Assembly (NCBI RefSeq): GCF_030144855.1 | Contig: NC_082730.1 | Span: forward strand, 20,026,001 to 20,090,000 | Length of the DNA stretch: 64,000 nt | Reading direction: 5' to 3' | Source of the DNA: Hypanus sabinus | Lineage: Eukaryota | Shown: in pieces, positions 49,633 to 63,110 of the stretch | How the letters are laid out: every line of letters starts with the position of its first letter | Numbering within the stretch: position 1 is the first letter of the stretch | Made by a program: the position numbers and the translations under genes | The notes under the pieces: generated by a model | Databases searched by the model: none | Seen by the model: only the letters and a program-made list of their open reading frames with translations | Told to the model about the DNA's origin: nothing

Positions 49633-51115
49633 CTGGAAGCATTTAACTGTTGGTTCAAACAAGCTTGTTCTGGGCAACCTTCTGAGTAATGTGAATTTGT
49701 GAGTAGAGGAGTCCTTCTTGCAGGGAGAATGAAACATGGATGTGATTAATTGCTTTCTAATTTCTAAGACATTTCATTGTATTTCTCCCTGTAGATAGTT
49801 GTTGACTTGCTGATTGCTTCCAAGATGTTCTGGTGTGGATGAAAGCATGTTGTAGCATCATCCTGAGATAATAACATATTAGCTGCTATGTCAGAGGTGA
49901 TAACGTGAGGTTCTTGCTCTGTGGGGGGAAGGCCCAGCCAAAGGTAAGTGATATTTATTTGTGTCTGTGTACTGATTGGCAAGGAGCAATCCACCCTACG
50001 TGTGACTTGGTCAATGAGATAGAGAAATAAACACAAGGCAAGTTAAAAAATCAATCCCTGAAGAAAAGCAGGTATGACTAATTGTAAGCTATTCTTCAGT
50101 TGTTCATACATTTACATTTTGGCCATTAAACAACGTATCTTAGTGGTGAATTATAGTTATCTGAGATCCTACACAATTCCTAAAGTTTACAGTTGGAGAT
50201 AGAGACACAATTAACGACGTCATTCATTTAGTCATGATTTCTAGGCTTTGTGACCCTAGATTCGATGCAGGCTGACACTTCATGTGTAATGAATCCTAAG
50301 AGGGAAGCTTGCATCAGCATCGTGTTAATGAAGAGTCTCCTCGTGAAACATTGACTTGGTATTCCTCTCCATAGATGCCACCTGACCTGCTGAGGTCCTC
50401 CAGCACTTTGCGCACATTGCTCAAGATTTCCGGCACCCCTTGTACATTTACGTTAATATCACCCCTTTCAGGCTCCCCTGAAACACCGAAGAGCTTTACA
50501 CTCCATGACATACTTTGGAAGTATAGCCAGTAACGCCATCTAGGAAGTACTGCAGTCAACTTGCAAACAGCATGCTCTCACAAGACAAAGTGATATAGAT
50601 CATCAGTCTCTCTAGCACAGTGAGAAATATTGATTGGGGATAAATCAACCCAACTTGGTTGAAATACACCAGTGGTGACAGCATATTTCTCCCTTGGTAT
50701 TACGCCAGTCTGCAGTTTTAGAACATTGAACAGCACAGCACAGGAGCAGGGCACGCAATGCTAATTAAGCTAGTATTTGAACACTTTATTAAATGAATTC
50801 CTTCAGCCTACATGATGTCAATATCTGTCTATTCTCTGTACATTCATCTGCTTATCTATGAGCCTCTTAGATTCCAGTTTCATATTTGCTACCGTCACTA
50901 CCCTCAGCCGCATATTCCAGGCAGCCACCACTCCTTCTTTAAAGTAAGTTTGTCCACATATCTCCCTTAAACTTAGCCCCCCCACCTCAAATACATGCCC
51001 TCCAGTAGTAGGCATTTCAACCCGGGGGTAAAAATACCGCCTGCTTTATGGCTTTCATAATGTTATAAACTATCGGGACCTCCCTGAGCCTCCAGCGCTC
51101 CAGAGAACCTTTGCC

Positions 51116-51420
51116 TGTCATGGTCCTGAACGAACAGCAGCAGGCATCCAGGTTTCAGCACTCCAATTCCCTGGAGTATGGTCGGCAGCTGCTAAGACTC
51201 AGACCACCAATTACTGCCTGCCTCATCCCTTCACAGAGAGTCTGCATTCAAAGGCTTTGTACTCAATCCTGAGAGTTCCGTTTCCAATAATAGTTTGTGA
51301 TTCTGCATTTGGATTACATTTGTGTGGTCTGGTTTATTTCGAGTCTGACTCTGAGTTTATTCCAGACCTGACTCTGCGCTCATGCTTGGGTTCACCACCA
51401 TGCCTGGATCTCTCGTTACA
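51116..51420. mobile_element. candidate solo LTR
   Basis: TGTCATG...TTACA termini flanked by near-identical tttgcc / cttgcc. Confidence 0.45.
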
Positions 51421-51804
51421 CTTGCCCTACTGTGCTGTACTCTTCTGTGTCCTACGTTCCTCATGTCCTCTCAGAATTCTGTATTTTTCAATAAAACCAT
51501 CTCTCATTCTCCCTAACTCCAGAGATTACAAGGCCAATCTATACACTCCAATAATGAACCCAATCTGTATCTCATCCTTCCACAAATAAACTGACTAAAA
51601 CTGTACTAAGTACAGATGTGGGCTCAGCCAAAATCTGGTTCTCCTGAGCACGCATTCACACACCACCTCAATGATATTGTGCTTTTCTACATTCCGCTTC
51701 ACAGGGACAGCAAGAGATGTGAACAGGGAGATCCAGAGAGAAGTCGAAGACACTTGCTGAATTCTTGGTCTCCAATTCCTCGGTAAAATGCCTGATCCTG
51801 AGCA

Positions 51805-52262
51805 ACTCTCCCCATTCCCCCCTCCCCAAATTCTACAATCACCTCTTTACTGTCACTCATTGCCCCTTCCCAATATCTTACTCCCAGTTTTGATTCTGTT
51901 GTCCCTGCCCAGAAAGTATTGTTGTTCTTCATCCCAACCACCCTCACCACATTCCAAGCCACAACCACTACCAACCTTCCTTCCAACTTCACCTGCTCAC
52001 ACCACCACCCTTTCCTCTACCTCAACCTCACTCCTGACCCCCTCCAATCCCTATCCCCAACCATTCCCCTCATTGTTCCCTATCCCCACCATCGCCACCC
52101 TTTCAACATCACCCCCAACACCCATTTACACAACAGAGCACTACACCCTACCTCCCTTCACCTGCAACCCCTCCTGCTCTCACCCACTTCTCCCTCTCCG
52201 CCCCTTCCTCTTCCCCACGCAATTCCCCCTCCCACTCCCACCACCCCTCCCACTCTCCCTTT
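51805..52262. repeat. C/T-rich low-complexity tract
   Basis: Plus strand nearly devoid of G, with many CCC runs. Confidence 0.85.
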
Positions 52263-53274
52263 TGTCAATTGTCCAATGAAACAGGGCTGTGGTTTCATTA
52301 CAAGACATGCCCTTTCTAAAGGCCTTGTCTTACTAAGCATCACCTGATGTATCTACATACAATGGAGACATGCCAACAAGAACTCCTCAAGAGCTTCCCC
52401 CCCTTTCCCAACCACTAGCTCCCATGCATAACCCCTCCCTCCCCGCACACTGCACCGGCTTGCTAATCTTCACCTAGCCAGAACACTGCCACCATTGACT
52501 GCCAGTGGCTAAAATGGAGGATTGCAGTGACGCCAGTGATTGTTGGGAAGCCAGTGATACCAGGATGTCCCACCACCACCTGTCCCCTGACCCTCTCCAG
52601 TGCACAGAGCAGCTGGCAGGTGACATGATCCAGCTGAATCCATTCCAGGTGAGGCAACAACCAAAATGGTTCTGGTTTCTCTGCTCTGTGCTGTCTTAGC
52701 ACACACTATAGGTTTCCCTGAACTTTCAAGACAATTGTTTAATTTTCTCTGATGGGTCATGAATGAATACAACACGGGGAAATAAAGGTGATGACCGAAC
52801 ATCAAGAAATCAACTAAATGGCAATTGAAGGGTTCACTCACTTTCCCACTAGGAAATGGAGAAAAACAGGTCGGGAGACTTTTAGGACAATTTATAGTGT
52901 AGGTATAGAGAAACTATTTTTTTGTTTGCATAATCTACAATTAGGAGGTGTTGTCCAGGCCTATTAAGATTAAAGTTTGGAAACATTTCTATGTGGTAGA
53001 AATTTGGAGATTTGTTCTGAAATGATGAGTGCCAGACTAAACATTGATAGTGAAACAGACTCTGAGTTTTGACGGCCAGTGTTATTACATAATACAAGGC
53101 AAGAACATTATTTGAACGCAAGTCACAGATCAGTCATGATTTTCTTCAGTGGCGAGCAGGCTTGAAGAGTTCTTGTTGGCATGTCTCCATAGTATGTGGA
53201 TGCATCAGGCAACTCTTAGTAAGACAAGGCCTTTAGAACGGAAACGTCTTGAAACACAGTCTTGTTTCCTTCCC

Positions 53275-53575
53275 AAACAGCACAATAGCCTAGTGGTTTG
53301 CACAACACTTTATGTTGCCAGCAATCACTGACCGCTGATCAATTACTGCTGCTATCTGTACCAAGTTTGTACATTCTCCCAGTGACTACATGGGTTTCCT
53401 CCCACATGCTTATTACTTAGGGTTAGGTTAGTGAGCTGTGGGCATGTTATGGTGGTGCGGACTGCCCCCAGCACAATCCTCAGACTGTGTTGGTCGATGA
53501 CACCAAATAATGCATTTCATTGTACATTTCAATGTTTCGATGTACATGTGACACATAAAATTAATCATAATCAGA
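53275..53575 (+). mobile_element. V-SINE subfamily copy
   Basis: tRNA-like head, V-domain and family tail. Confidence 0.65.
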
Positions 53576-54159
53576 CTATTTTGCTAATGCTGATCATCTG
53601 CATTTGTGATTGGGGTTCTGGAGGACCTGAATTGTCCCTGCAAGTGCAGACAAAGGAGGGAAATGGAGGGTGGACCAGGAAAGGAAAACAAGACAATAGC
53701 TGTTCAGATTTGCCAGTGCCCACCTCCCTTTCCTAAGGAAAACTTCCTCAGCTCACTCCACACTCTTATCTCTGAGCCCAATTAAAGCTGGATGAAACGA
53801 ATGCATCCAGAAATAGAGCAGTCATGAATTTTAAAAATGTGCCATTAATAGGACCCTAATGTAATCTGTTTGAGGAGCTTCAGTTCCAATACACAACAGC
53901 AGACTGAACAGATTCTGGTCACTGTGGGAATTTGTTAAATGGGATACAGACCTCCTTCATGTCATTAAATTCTTTTTGTTTGCTATTTAGTTAGTTAGGC
54001 TTTGAAGTTAAAGGTAAATAGCAAATAGTCCTTTTTATAAGCAGACACTTCTCAGTTATATTTAAAGTGTCTCTTCCTTCCGTCCTAGAATACAACCATT
54101 CTTTGATTTACAATCCATCTATCAAAAAGATACATCATTAAGAACCCCCTTCACCAAGT

Positions 54160-54648
54160 CCAACTCCTGGCCTTCCACAAGGCCCGGCAGAAATGTTTCT
54201 ACTGACAAGAGAAGGGGCAAATGCGGACCACTGGCGCCTCAAAACCAGTTGCTTCAGGCAGGTATGGCTCGTCAACCTTGGACGCCTGCCTGCCTAGGAG
54301 AAGGAAGAATCAGACTTTAAACCTCCTCTGCCTTGCGGCCATACCCACCCATGGGAAAGGCTTCGGGAGTAAACCTGGAGGAAGAAATCTGGAGCCAGGG
54401 TCCCTAAGGCAGTTTGATGTTGCCTACAACCTCACTACAGCATCCTTTGTGATGACACTGGTGCCGAGCTGTATTGGTGCTTGCCCTTCGCTTGGACAAC
54501 ATCAGTGATGTGTAGAGGGGGATACCACTGCGTGGGCAACAGCCGGTTCTTCAAATCTTCCCGTCCAGGCTTGCACCCTGGAGAGGAGACAGTCCACCAG
54601 AGGCTCAAACCCATGATTCCCTGGGATTGATAGCTGCCTACTACTACA
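54160..54648 (+). mobile_element. RTE-related non-autonomous element
   Basis: Second copy of the same family; ends in a (cta)n tail. Confidence 0.6.
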
Positions 54649-54654
54649 TGGAGA

Positions 54655-55385
54655 GGTATGGCATAGAAACGGGCCCTCCGGCCCAATGAGGCCATGCCAA
54701 CAATCAACCACCCATTTATACTAATCCCACTTCTTCCCTGATTCCATGACCTAAACATTAGGGGCAGTTTACAGTGGCCAGTTAACCTACCAGCCAGCAC
54801 ATCTTTTGCACGTGGGAAGAAACTGGAGTACCCGGAGGAATCCCACGTCTTCGTTGCGGGGAGAACGTGCAAAGCTCCACGTTCACAGCACTGGAGGTCA
54901 AGATTGATCCGGGTCACTGGAGCTAAAACAGTGGCAGCTCTTGTCGCTGCGGCATTCAACGTGGGGTGGTCTAGTAACATAGCAGTTAGCACAATGCTTC
55001 ATAGTGCCAGCCGAAAGATCAGGTTTCAGATCCTGCCACCGTCAGTAGGAAGTTTGTACGTTCTCCCAATGACTGCGTGGATTTCCTCCCACAATCTAAG
55101 GACTTACAGTTAGGGTTTGTGTGTTGTGGCCATGCTATGTATGAGGCAAACTCAATGGGCTGAATGGCCTAATTCTGCTCCTATGTCTCATGTTGGCGTA
55201 GCAACATTTCTGGGCTGCCCAGCCCCATCCTAATGTCGACTGTACTTCTCCCTATAGATGCTGCCTGGCCTGCTGCGTTCCACCAGCATTTTGTGTGTGT
55301 TGCTTGAATTTCCAGCATCTGCAGATTTCCTCGTGTTTGGACTTCACTGTGTGTTTTGATGTGTATGAGACAAATAAAGATAATC
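54655..55385. mobile_element. back-to-back V-SINE copies with a nested Penelope tail
   Basis: Minus copy ~54655-54935 and plus copy ~54960-55385, the latter interrupted at 55232-55339. Confidence 0.65.
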
Positions 55386-55449
55386 TCAAAAAAAATGAGA
55401 ATATCATGCAGTTGAAGCTGCTGTATTTCAAATGAGTGGATAAACGGAA

Positions 55450-55742
55450 GTACTAGTTGCCTGCCTGAGGTGGGCATCAAATATTCTTCATCATTATTTC
55501 AAAGAAGAGTGAGGATTTCTCCCCAGGATCTTGGCCAATCTTTAACTCTCATTCTACACCATGAAAACAGATCCCATGATTATCACATTATAGTTTATCA
55601 GTGATCATTGCAGCTGATATTGCCTGCTCCATTTATTTTATTTCAACAACATCTGCACGTCAAGAAGTACTTCAGTGGCTGTAAAGCTCTTTGGGGATGA
55701 TCTGAGGTCATGTAAGTATTTCTACAAATGCATGTCTTTCTC
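55450..55742 (+). mobile_element. DeuSINE (SacSINE1-like)
   Basis: ttcaaagaagagtgaggatttctccccaggatcttggccaat...aagtacttcagtggctgtaaagctctttgggg. Confidence 0.7.
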
Positions 55743-55796
55743 AGCACCACAAGCTGGAAGATAACTTTTAAAAAGCCTTTTCATTTAGCTGCGCTG

Positions 55797-55798
<2 letters not shown>

Positions 55799-55862
<64 letters not shown>
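55799..55862. repeat. (CA)n microsatellite
   Basis: Directly visible, with one CT interruption. Confidence 0.98.
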
Positions 55863-55864
<2 letters not shown>

Positions 55865-56591
55865 TATAATAGTTAAAATGAAAAAAGCAGTGTAAGATAG
55901 AAAAAAATAAAAAAAAAGTAGTGAGGAACTGTTCATAGATCCAATGTTCATTCAGAAATCGATAGTGTAGGGGAAGAAGCTGTTCCTGAAACATTGACTG
56001 AGTCCCTTCGATCTTCTGTACTTACTTCCTGATGGTGGCAATGAGAAGAGGTTGATGGGGGTCCTTAATGATGGACACCGCCTTTCTGAGGCATCATTCC
56101 TTGAAATTGTTTTGGATACTACAAGTATAATTGCCAGGAAAGACAACTCTCTCTTCTGCTTGCAATATTGGCAGAGGCCAAAAAAAAGTACCATTCTGTG
56201 CCGACCAATCACTTTGTAAATATAAGCCAAGGGCCTCAAAAGTGTAGCAACACAATTGCTAATTGGATTTTAATATTTAAACTTCATCCCGAGAACCTGA
56301 AAATAGATAACCCTGACATTCCTGTAAACATTGACTGTTTGGCTAACCATTTATTGTTCCATTTACTTCAACAACATACATTTACCAGACTAGCTGGAAT
56401 CTATAAAGGCCCTTGGGATCATATGAAGTTTGTATCCAAGGTACAGCTCATTCTTGTTTCCCACTTGCAATAAATAAGTTGTTTTAATTTACATCGTGCA
56501 TCAATTATTTATGCTTTGTTATTGCATTCTCTGGGGATTCAATAGTTTTCAATGGGAGGAACTCCAGGTTAATTAAATAAACCTAAGGATT

Positions 56592-56890
56592 TGGGGTGGC
56601 ACAGTAGCATAATGCTTAGCAGAACACTTTACAGTACAGGTGACGCAGGTTCAATTCTTGCCACAGCCTGTAAGGAGTTTGTACGTTCTTCCCGTGACCA
56701 CGTAGGTTTCCTAAAAGTGCTCCAGTTTCCTCCCACAGTCCAAAGATGTACAAGTTGGTAGGTTAACAGGTCATTGTAAATTGTCCTGCGATTAGGCTAG
56801 GATTAAATTGGGGGGGGGGGGGAGGTTGCTGGACGGCATGGCTCAAAGAGCTGGAAAGGCCCATTCCACATTGTACCTCAATAAATAAAT
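56592..56890 (+). mobile_element. tRNA-derived V-SINE (HE1-like)
   Basis: A box tagcataatgct, B box ggttcaattc, V-domain gtttgtacgttcttcccgtgacc...tttcctcccacagtccaaaga, aataaataaat tail. Confidence 0.8.
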
Positions 56891-56997
56891 TTTAATAATC
56901 TATCCATTTCCATTCTGAATATCATTTTTTACTTTGCTTAATGTATGAACACCTGCAGCCCCTTGGCACCAATATCTAAAAACATTCACTGCCATTG

Positions 56998-57980
56998 CAA
57001 AGTTCAAAGTAGATTTATTATCAAAGTGCATATACATCATCACATACGACCCTGAGATTAATCTTCTTTCTGGCATACTCAATAAATCTAATAACTATAA
57101 TAGAATCAATGAGAGACCGCAACAAGGTGGAAAACCAATTTGCAGGAGACAACAAAGTGTGCAAATACNNNNNNNNNNNNNNNNNNNNNNNNNNNNNNNN
57201 NNNNNNNNNNNNNNNNNNNNNNNNNNNNNNNNNNNNNNNNNNNNNNNNNNNNNNNNNNNNNNNNNNNNNNNNNNNNNNNNNNNNNNNNNNNNNNNNNNNN
57301 NNGAGATGAAAAGTCCTTCACAGTGAGTTCATAGGTTGGGGAACAATTCAATGACGGGGCAAGTGAAGTTAACAGCTTTGGTTCCTGAACCTGGTGGTGT
57401 GGGACCTGAGGCTCCTGTACCTTCTTCCTGATGGCAGCAGTGAGAACAGAACATGACCTAGGTGGTGGGAGTCCCTGATGATGCATGGTGTTTTCCTGTG
57501 ACAGTGCTTCATGTAGATGTGTTCAGTGGTGTGGAGGGCTTTACCCATGATGGACTGAGATGTACCCATTACTTATTGTAGACTTTTCCGTTCAAGGGCA
57601 TTGGTGTTTCCGCACCAGACTCTGATACAGCCAGTCAATGCACTCTCAACCACACATCTATGGAAGTTTGTCAAAATTTTAGATATCGTGCCAAATCTTG
57701 CAAACTCCGAAAGAAGCAAAGGCACTGCCATGCTTTCTTCATAATTGCACTTCAGTGCTGGGCCTAGGACAAGTCCTCTGAAATGACAACACTGAGGAAT
57801 TAAAGTTGCTGACCCTCTCCACCTCTGATCCTCCGATGAGGACTGGCTCAAGGACCTCTGGTTTCCTCCTCCTGAACTCAATAATCAGCTCCTTGGTCTT
57901 GCTGACGTTGACTTAGATGTTGGTGTTGTGGCCCCACTCAGTCAGATTTTCAACCTATATGCTGATTCATCACCACCTTC
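56998..57980 (-). mobile_element. Rex1/Babar LINE 3' fragment (spans the assembly gap)
   Basis: ILTNFHRCVVESALTGCIRVWCGN and HVLFSLLPSGRRYRSLRSHTTRFRN. Confidence 0.85.
57169..57302. other. assembly gap (134 N)
   Basis: Run of N. Confidence 1.
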
Positions 57981-58665
57981 GCAGAATAGGAATTCTTATT
58001 TTAGCCCTACATGGTTATCCTCTTATGCCAACACTACACTTACCCAGCTAATGATGTCACCCTCAAGATCCCAACACATTCTTCTGAGCTCCAGAGAATA
58101 AAGCATTATATAACTGTAAAAGTGGGAAAAAGAAACTGGATGCAAAAAAAAAAGACATACATTTGAAAGCTGGTTGAGTTTACCCACTCCAGCCAGATTC
58201 AGCTTTGACATGCCTTGCTGGTGCTACTTTTGGGCCAAGTGTAGTCATGGTATATGGTGGCTTCCAGTTCAAGGACAAGTACCTGCTAACTTATCTTCCC
58301 AACTACCACCAAGTTTCTCTACACCTCCTAAAAGTGGTGTCACAAGTAGACAGGATGGTGAGGCAGCATTTGGCATGTCAACCTTCAGCAGCCAGGGTAC
58401 TGACATAGGAGCTGGGACTTCTGTTGCAGTCGTGCACAGTGTTGGTGAGGCCACATCTGGAGTACTGTGTACCGTTTTGGCTGCCCCCATTATAGGAAAG
58501 ACCTCATTAAGCTGGAACGAGCACAATGACACACAAGAATGTTGCAGGACTTGAGGGCCCGAGTTACAGGGAGAGTTACAGAGAATTTAGAACAATACGG
58601 CACAGTACAGACCAGATGTTGTACCATACTTTTAACCCACTGTAAAGATCAATTTAACCCCTCCC

Positions 58666-59175
58666 TGTAATGTGAGGGGCAGTTTCAAGGATCCAATGAG
58701 TGAAACACAAAACACAGATTTAAAATGGGTACATTAACTATTTATTTAAAAATGAACAGTGAAACACTAAACCGGCTGCCTAGCTAAACAAGCGTTCATC
58801 TGAACGACCCAAAACCACAATACAGGACACTCAGTTACCCTTTAATTTAGCGGGTACGCCGTTAAATCTCCTTAAACTATAAAGCTGAAGAAGTGAGCAT
58901 GCTACGAATGGATAGTTAACTAAACATAGGGGGTTGGGGGTGCAGCATTGCCTGCAATGCTCTTATCAATGGTCTGGTTGTGACTTCAGCCTGGCGTGGG
59001 ACTCAGGGACGGCAGGAAAGAAAGAGGGCAAACCTCCTGCAAGTGCTACTCTTATACCCTTGATGCGCCTGGAACCAGAAATAAGCTCACAAACCAGCCA
59101 ATGGGAAAGAACAGTCGCAACTTTCAAATGGGCTAATGACTGACATGTGGCTTTTCAACCGGCAAGTAAGCCACA
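58666..59175 (-). mobile_element. candidate solo LTR inserted in a CR1 tail
   Basis: TGT...ACA ends; CR1 tail sequence on both sides; minus-strand order CCAAT (~59098), TATA-like (~59055), AATAAA (~58745). No clean TSD. Confidence 0.45.
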
Positions 59176-60005
59176 TCTCCTCATGACTGCGCCTAACCAA
59201 AAGAGTTTCTTAAATGTCCCTAATGTAGCTGCTACTGCCACCACCACCACCGGCAGCGGATTCCACGTAGATTAGTTGCGATGAGCTTCCAAAAATTATT
59301 ATAATCTGGCAATGAGAAAGGAAGTTGAAGACTACAATATCTTAAGAAACTTCACAACAGAGATACTCATTCACAATCAGTAATTTGAAGTCCATGTTAA
59401 GATATCATCAACGTATAGCACTCTGTCTTCAAACTTGATTCTACTAATTTCAGTTTGGGGATGTACTTTCTAGCACCTGTTCTCATGGGATTCAATAACT
59501 CTTTTAACACCAGAGAGAAACGGCCTTGAAAGCCACTATTTTTTTTAACAAGAAACTCTGAACCAATTTAGGAACTCCAGTCCCATACAATTGACTCTTT
59601 GTGCCCTTTGAGAAGATCTAACAAACCAACCGAGTGGTCAAGGCAATTGGAAATGGGAAATGGGAATTAAATGTAGCTTTGCGGTCTGTGCAATAAAATA
59701 GCAAGAGATAAGACGAGGAGCATTCTGACTATTAGACATCGACAAACAAATTGTTAAATAATCACCTGCAGTTTTGCAGATTGACGATTCTGATGTGACC
59801 AATAATTAACTATGTCACAAGTGTTTTCTTTTAACGAAAACCAATTTAAATGGGTCATTAACTACAATACAAAACCTTAGAAATAATTTTGAAACAATTC
59901 TTCCATTTCAGAAAAAAGTAATAAGTGTTTTAACTCCCCACAATACTGTTTAACTTGAAGGAGATAGGAAATAAGGAATAATTAATGTTTGTTTTTCAGT
60001 GCTTA

Positions 60006-63000
60006 GACCATATACCATAGAAATCTACAGCACATTACAGGCCCTTCAGTCCACAATGTTGTGCCGACCATGTAACCTACTCTAGAAACTGCCTAGAATT
60101 ACCCTACTGCTGAGCCCTCTATTTTGCTAAGCTCCATGTGCCTATCTAAGAGACTCTTAAAAGACCTTTTTGTATCCGACTCTACTGCCTTCACTGGCAG
60201 TGCATTCCACGCACCCACCACTCTCTGTGTCAAAAATTTACCTCTGACATCCCCTTGTACCGACTTCCAAGCACCTTAAAACTATGCCCTCTTATTAGCC
60301 ATTTCAGCCCTGGGGAGAAAGCCTCTGGCTATCCACATGATCAATGCCTCTCATCATCTTATACACCTCTATCATCCTCTGTCACTCAAAGGAGAAAAGG
60401 CCAAATTCACTCAACCTATTCTCATAAGGCATGCTCTCCAATCCAGGCAACATCATTGTAAATTTCCTTTGCACCCTGTCTATTGTATCCACATCCTTCC
60501 TGTAATGAGGTGACCAGAATTGAACACAGTACTCCAAGCAGGGTCTAACTTAGGTCTTATATTGCTGTAACATTACCTCACAGCTCTTGACCTCAATGCT
60601 GAGCTCTTTATGGCCATACACCTTCTTGACAACACTGTCAACCTGTGCAGCAGCTTTGAGTGTCTTATGGATAAGGACCCCAAGATCTCTCTGATCCTCC
60701 ACACTGCCAAGAGTCTTACCATTAATATTATATTTTTTCTTCAAATTTGACCTACCAAAATGAACCACTTCACACTTATCTGGGTTGAACTCCATCTGTC
60801 ACTTCTCGGCCCAGTTCTGCATACTTATTAATGTCCCTCTGTAACCTCTGACAACCCTCCAGACTATCCACAACTTTTGTGTCATCAGCAAACTTACTTA
60901 CCCACCCTTCTACTTCCACAAAGAGAAGGGGTCTCAGAACAGATCCCTGCAGAACACCACTGGTCACTGTCCTCCATGCAGAATACAAACCATCCACAAC
61001 TACCCTTTGCCTTCAGTGGGCTAACCAATTCTGGATCCACAAAGCAAGGTCTCCTTGGACCCCATGGATCATCCTCACATGGGGAACCTTATCAAACGTC
61101 TTACCAAAATCTATATATGTGACATCCACTGCTCTACCTTCATCAATGTGTTTTGTTACATCCTCAAAGAATTCAGTTCTTAACAACCTACCCTTGAAAA
61201 AGCCATGCTGACTATCCCTGATGAGATTATGTCTCTCCAAATGCTCATAAATCCTACCTCTCAGGATCTTCTCCAAAAACTTGCCCACCACTGAAGGAAG
61301 ATTCACTGGTCTATAATTTCCTGGGTTATCTCTACTCCCTTTCTTGAACAAGAGAACAGCACTTGCAACCTTCCAAACCTCTGGTCATTTTCCCATCACT
61401 ATTGATGATGCAAAGATCATTGCCAGAGATTCAGCAATCTCTTCCCCCACTTCCCACAGTAGCCTGGGGTATATCTTGTTCAGTCCCAATGACTCATCTA
61501 ACTTTATACTGTACCTTTCAACAGTTCCAGCACATCCTCTTTCTTAATGTCTATACACTCAAGAATTTCAGTCTGCTGTAAGTCATCCCCATGTTGGCAA
61601 GGTCCTTTTCTCTGGTGAATACTGAAACAAAGTATTCATTAAGTACCTCCGCCTTCTCCTCCAGCTCCATGCACGTTTCCACTATTGACCCTGATTGGTC
61701 CTATTCTCACACACTCATCCTCTTGGTCTTCACATATTTGTAGAAAGAGATTTTCCTTAATCCTGCTCGCCAAGGCCTTCTCATGGCCCCTTCTAAATCT
61801 CCTAATTTCATTCTTGAGCTCCTTCCTGGCACCCTTGTAATTTTCAAGAACTCTAACAGTACCTAGTTTCTTGAACCTTTTGTAAACTTTTCTTTTCATC
61901 TTAACCAGATTTTCTATGTCCTTTGTACACCATGTTTTGTTCTTTTACCTACCGTTGAGAGCATCTACCATAAACATTGCCTGGGCAGTGATGCATCAAG
62001 GATGCATCTCACCCTAACCATGGACATTTTACTCTCCTCCCATCCGGTAGTTGCTACAGGAACCTCTGCTACAGCACCAGCAGGCACAGGAGGAGCTTCT
62101 TCCCTGAGGCTGTGACCCCGCTGAGCCTCACATCACAGTGCTAAACAGTATTGCACCCATATTGTACATCTCAGTACTTTTATGTTTGTGAGATGTAGCA
62201 CTTACTTTTTATTTGCATTTATTATGTAAATAACATTATTCTTAGCATTTCTGGTTAGATGCATTTCATTAGCTTTGTATCTGTACTTGGTACAATGACA
62301 ATAAAGTTGAATCTAATCAAATTTCCCTGTATCAATGGAACTATGTAACTACGCAGAACGCCAGGCAAATGTTCCCTGAACATTTGCCACATTTCTGCCG
62401 TGCATTTCCCTGAGAACATCTGCTCCCAATTTATGTTCCCAAGTTCCTGCCTAATAGCATCACATTTCCCCTTACGCTAATGAAATGTTTCCCAAATTGT
62501 CTGCTCCTATTACTCTCCAGCGCTGTGGTGAAGGAGATAGAGTTATGATCACTACCTCCAAAATACTCTCTCATTGAGAGATCTGACACCCGACCAGATT
62601 CATTTCCCAATACCAGACCATATCTCCATGAACTGTTTGTTCTTCTGCCATCAGGTAAACGTTACAGGAGCATCAAAACTAAAACCACAAGGCTACTAAA
62701 CAGCTTCCTCCCACAGGCAGTCAGACTGCTAGGTAGCTGCTCTGCCTGACTCTGCTTTGGACACTTTTAACTTGCACTGGACACTTATAACTTGTTTTTA
62801 ACTGACATGTGGCTGTTGTGTTTTACTATTTATTGTTATGTTTATTATTTAGTGTTGCGTTTGTTATGTTATGATTGCACTGCTGCTGGAAACGCTGTCT
62901 CATTCTGCCCTGCAGAGCTGATGTACGGTTATAATGACAATAAAGCTTTGAATCTTTTTCTTTTGAATATCTAGATGGCTTATCTACATATAGTGTCAGG

Positions 63001-63110
63001 AAGCCTTCCTGAGCACCCCTAACAAACTCCTTTAAAACCCTTGCGCTAAGGAGATGCCAATCAATATTAGGAAAGTTAAAATCTCCCATCACAACAACCC
63101 TATTATTATC
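60006..63110 (-). mobile_element. CR1 (HER1-like) LINE, long decayed ORF2 with nested insertions
   Basis: Fragments MGDFNFPNIDW (APE), FKKGSRDNPGNYRPV, YIDFGKTFDKVPH, SGVLQGSVL, KFADDTK and MEFNPDKCEVVHFG (RT), with frameshifts and stops. Rex-Babar-type pieces are inserted at ~61950-62320 and ~62620-62970. Confidence 0.9.

Noticed and set aside
51788-52347. Pro/Thr/Ser-rich ORFs of 142-163 aa
   Set aside because: By-products of the C-rich low-complexity tract.
52478-52648. Plus-strand 171-nt exon-like segment (cacctag|...CAG|GTGAGG)
   Set aside because: All three frames contain stops and no partner exons were found; at most a non-coding exon.
54320-54410. Definite twister ribozyme in the RTE-type element
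   Set aside because: Superficial resemblance only; the conserved UAA, CAAGC and GAGGG elements and pseudoknot pairs could not be placed.
56592-56665. tRNA gene
   Set aside because: The A and B boxes belong to a SINE head; no cloverleaf, and it runs straight into the V-domain.
60550-63092. Functional reverse transcriptase gene
   Set aside because: CR1 ORF2 is broken by frameshifts, deletions and nested insertions.
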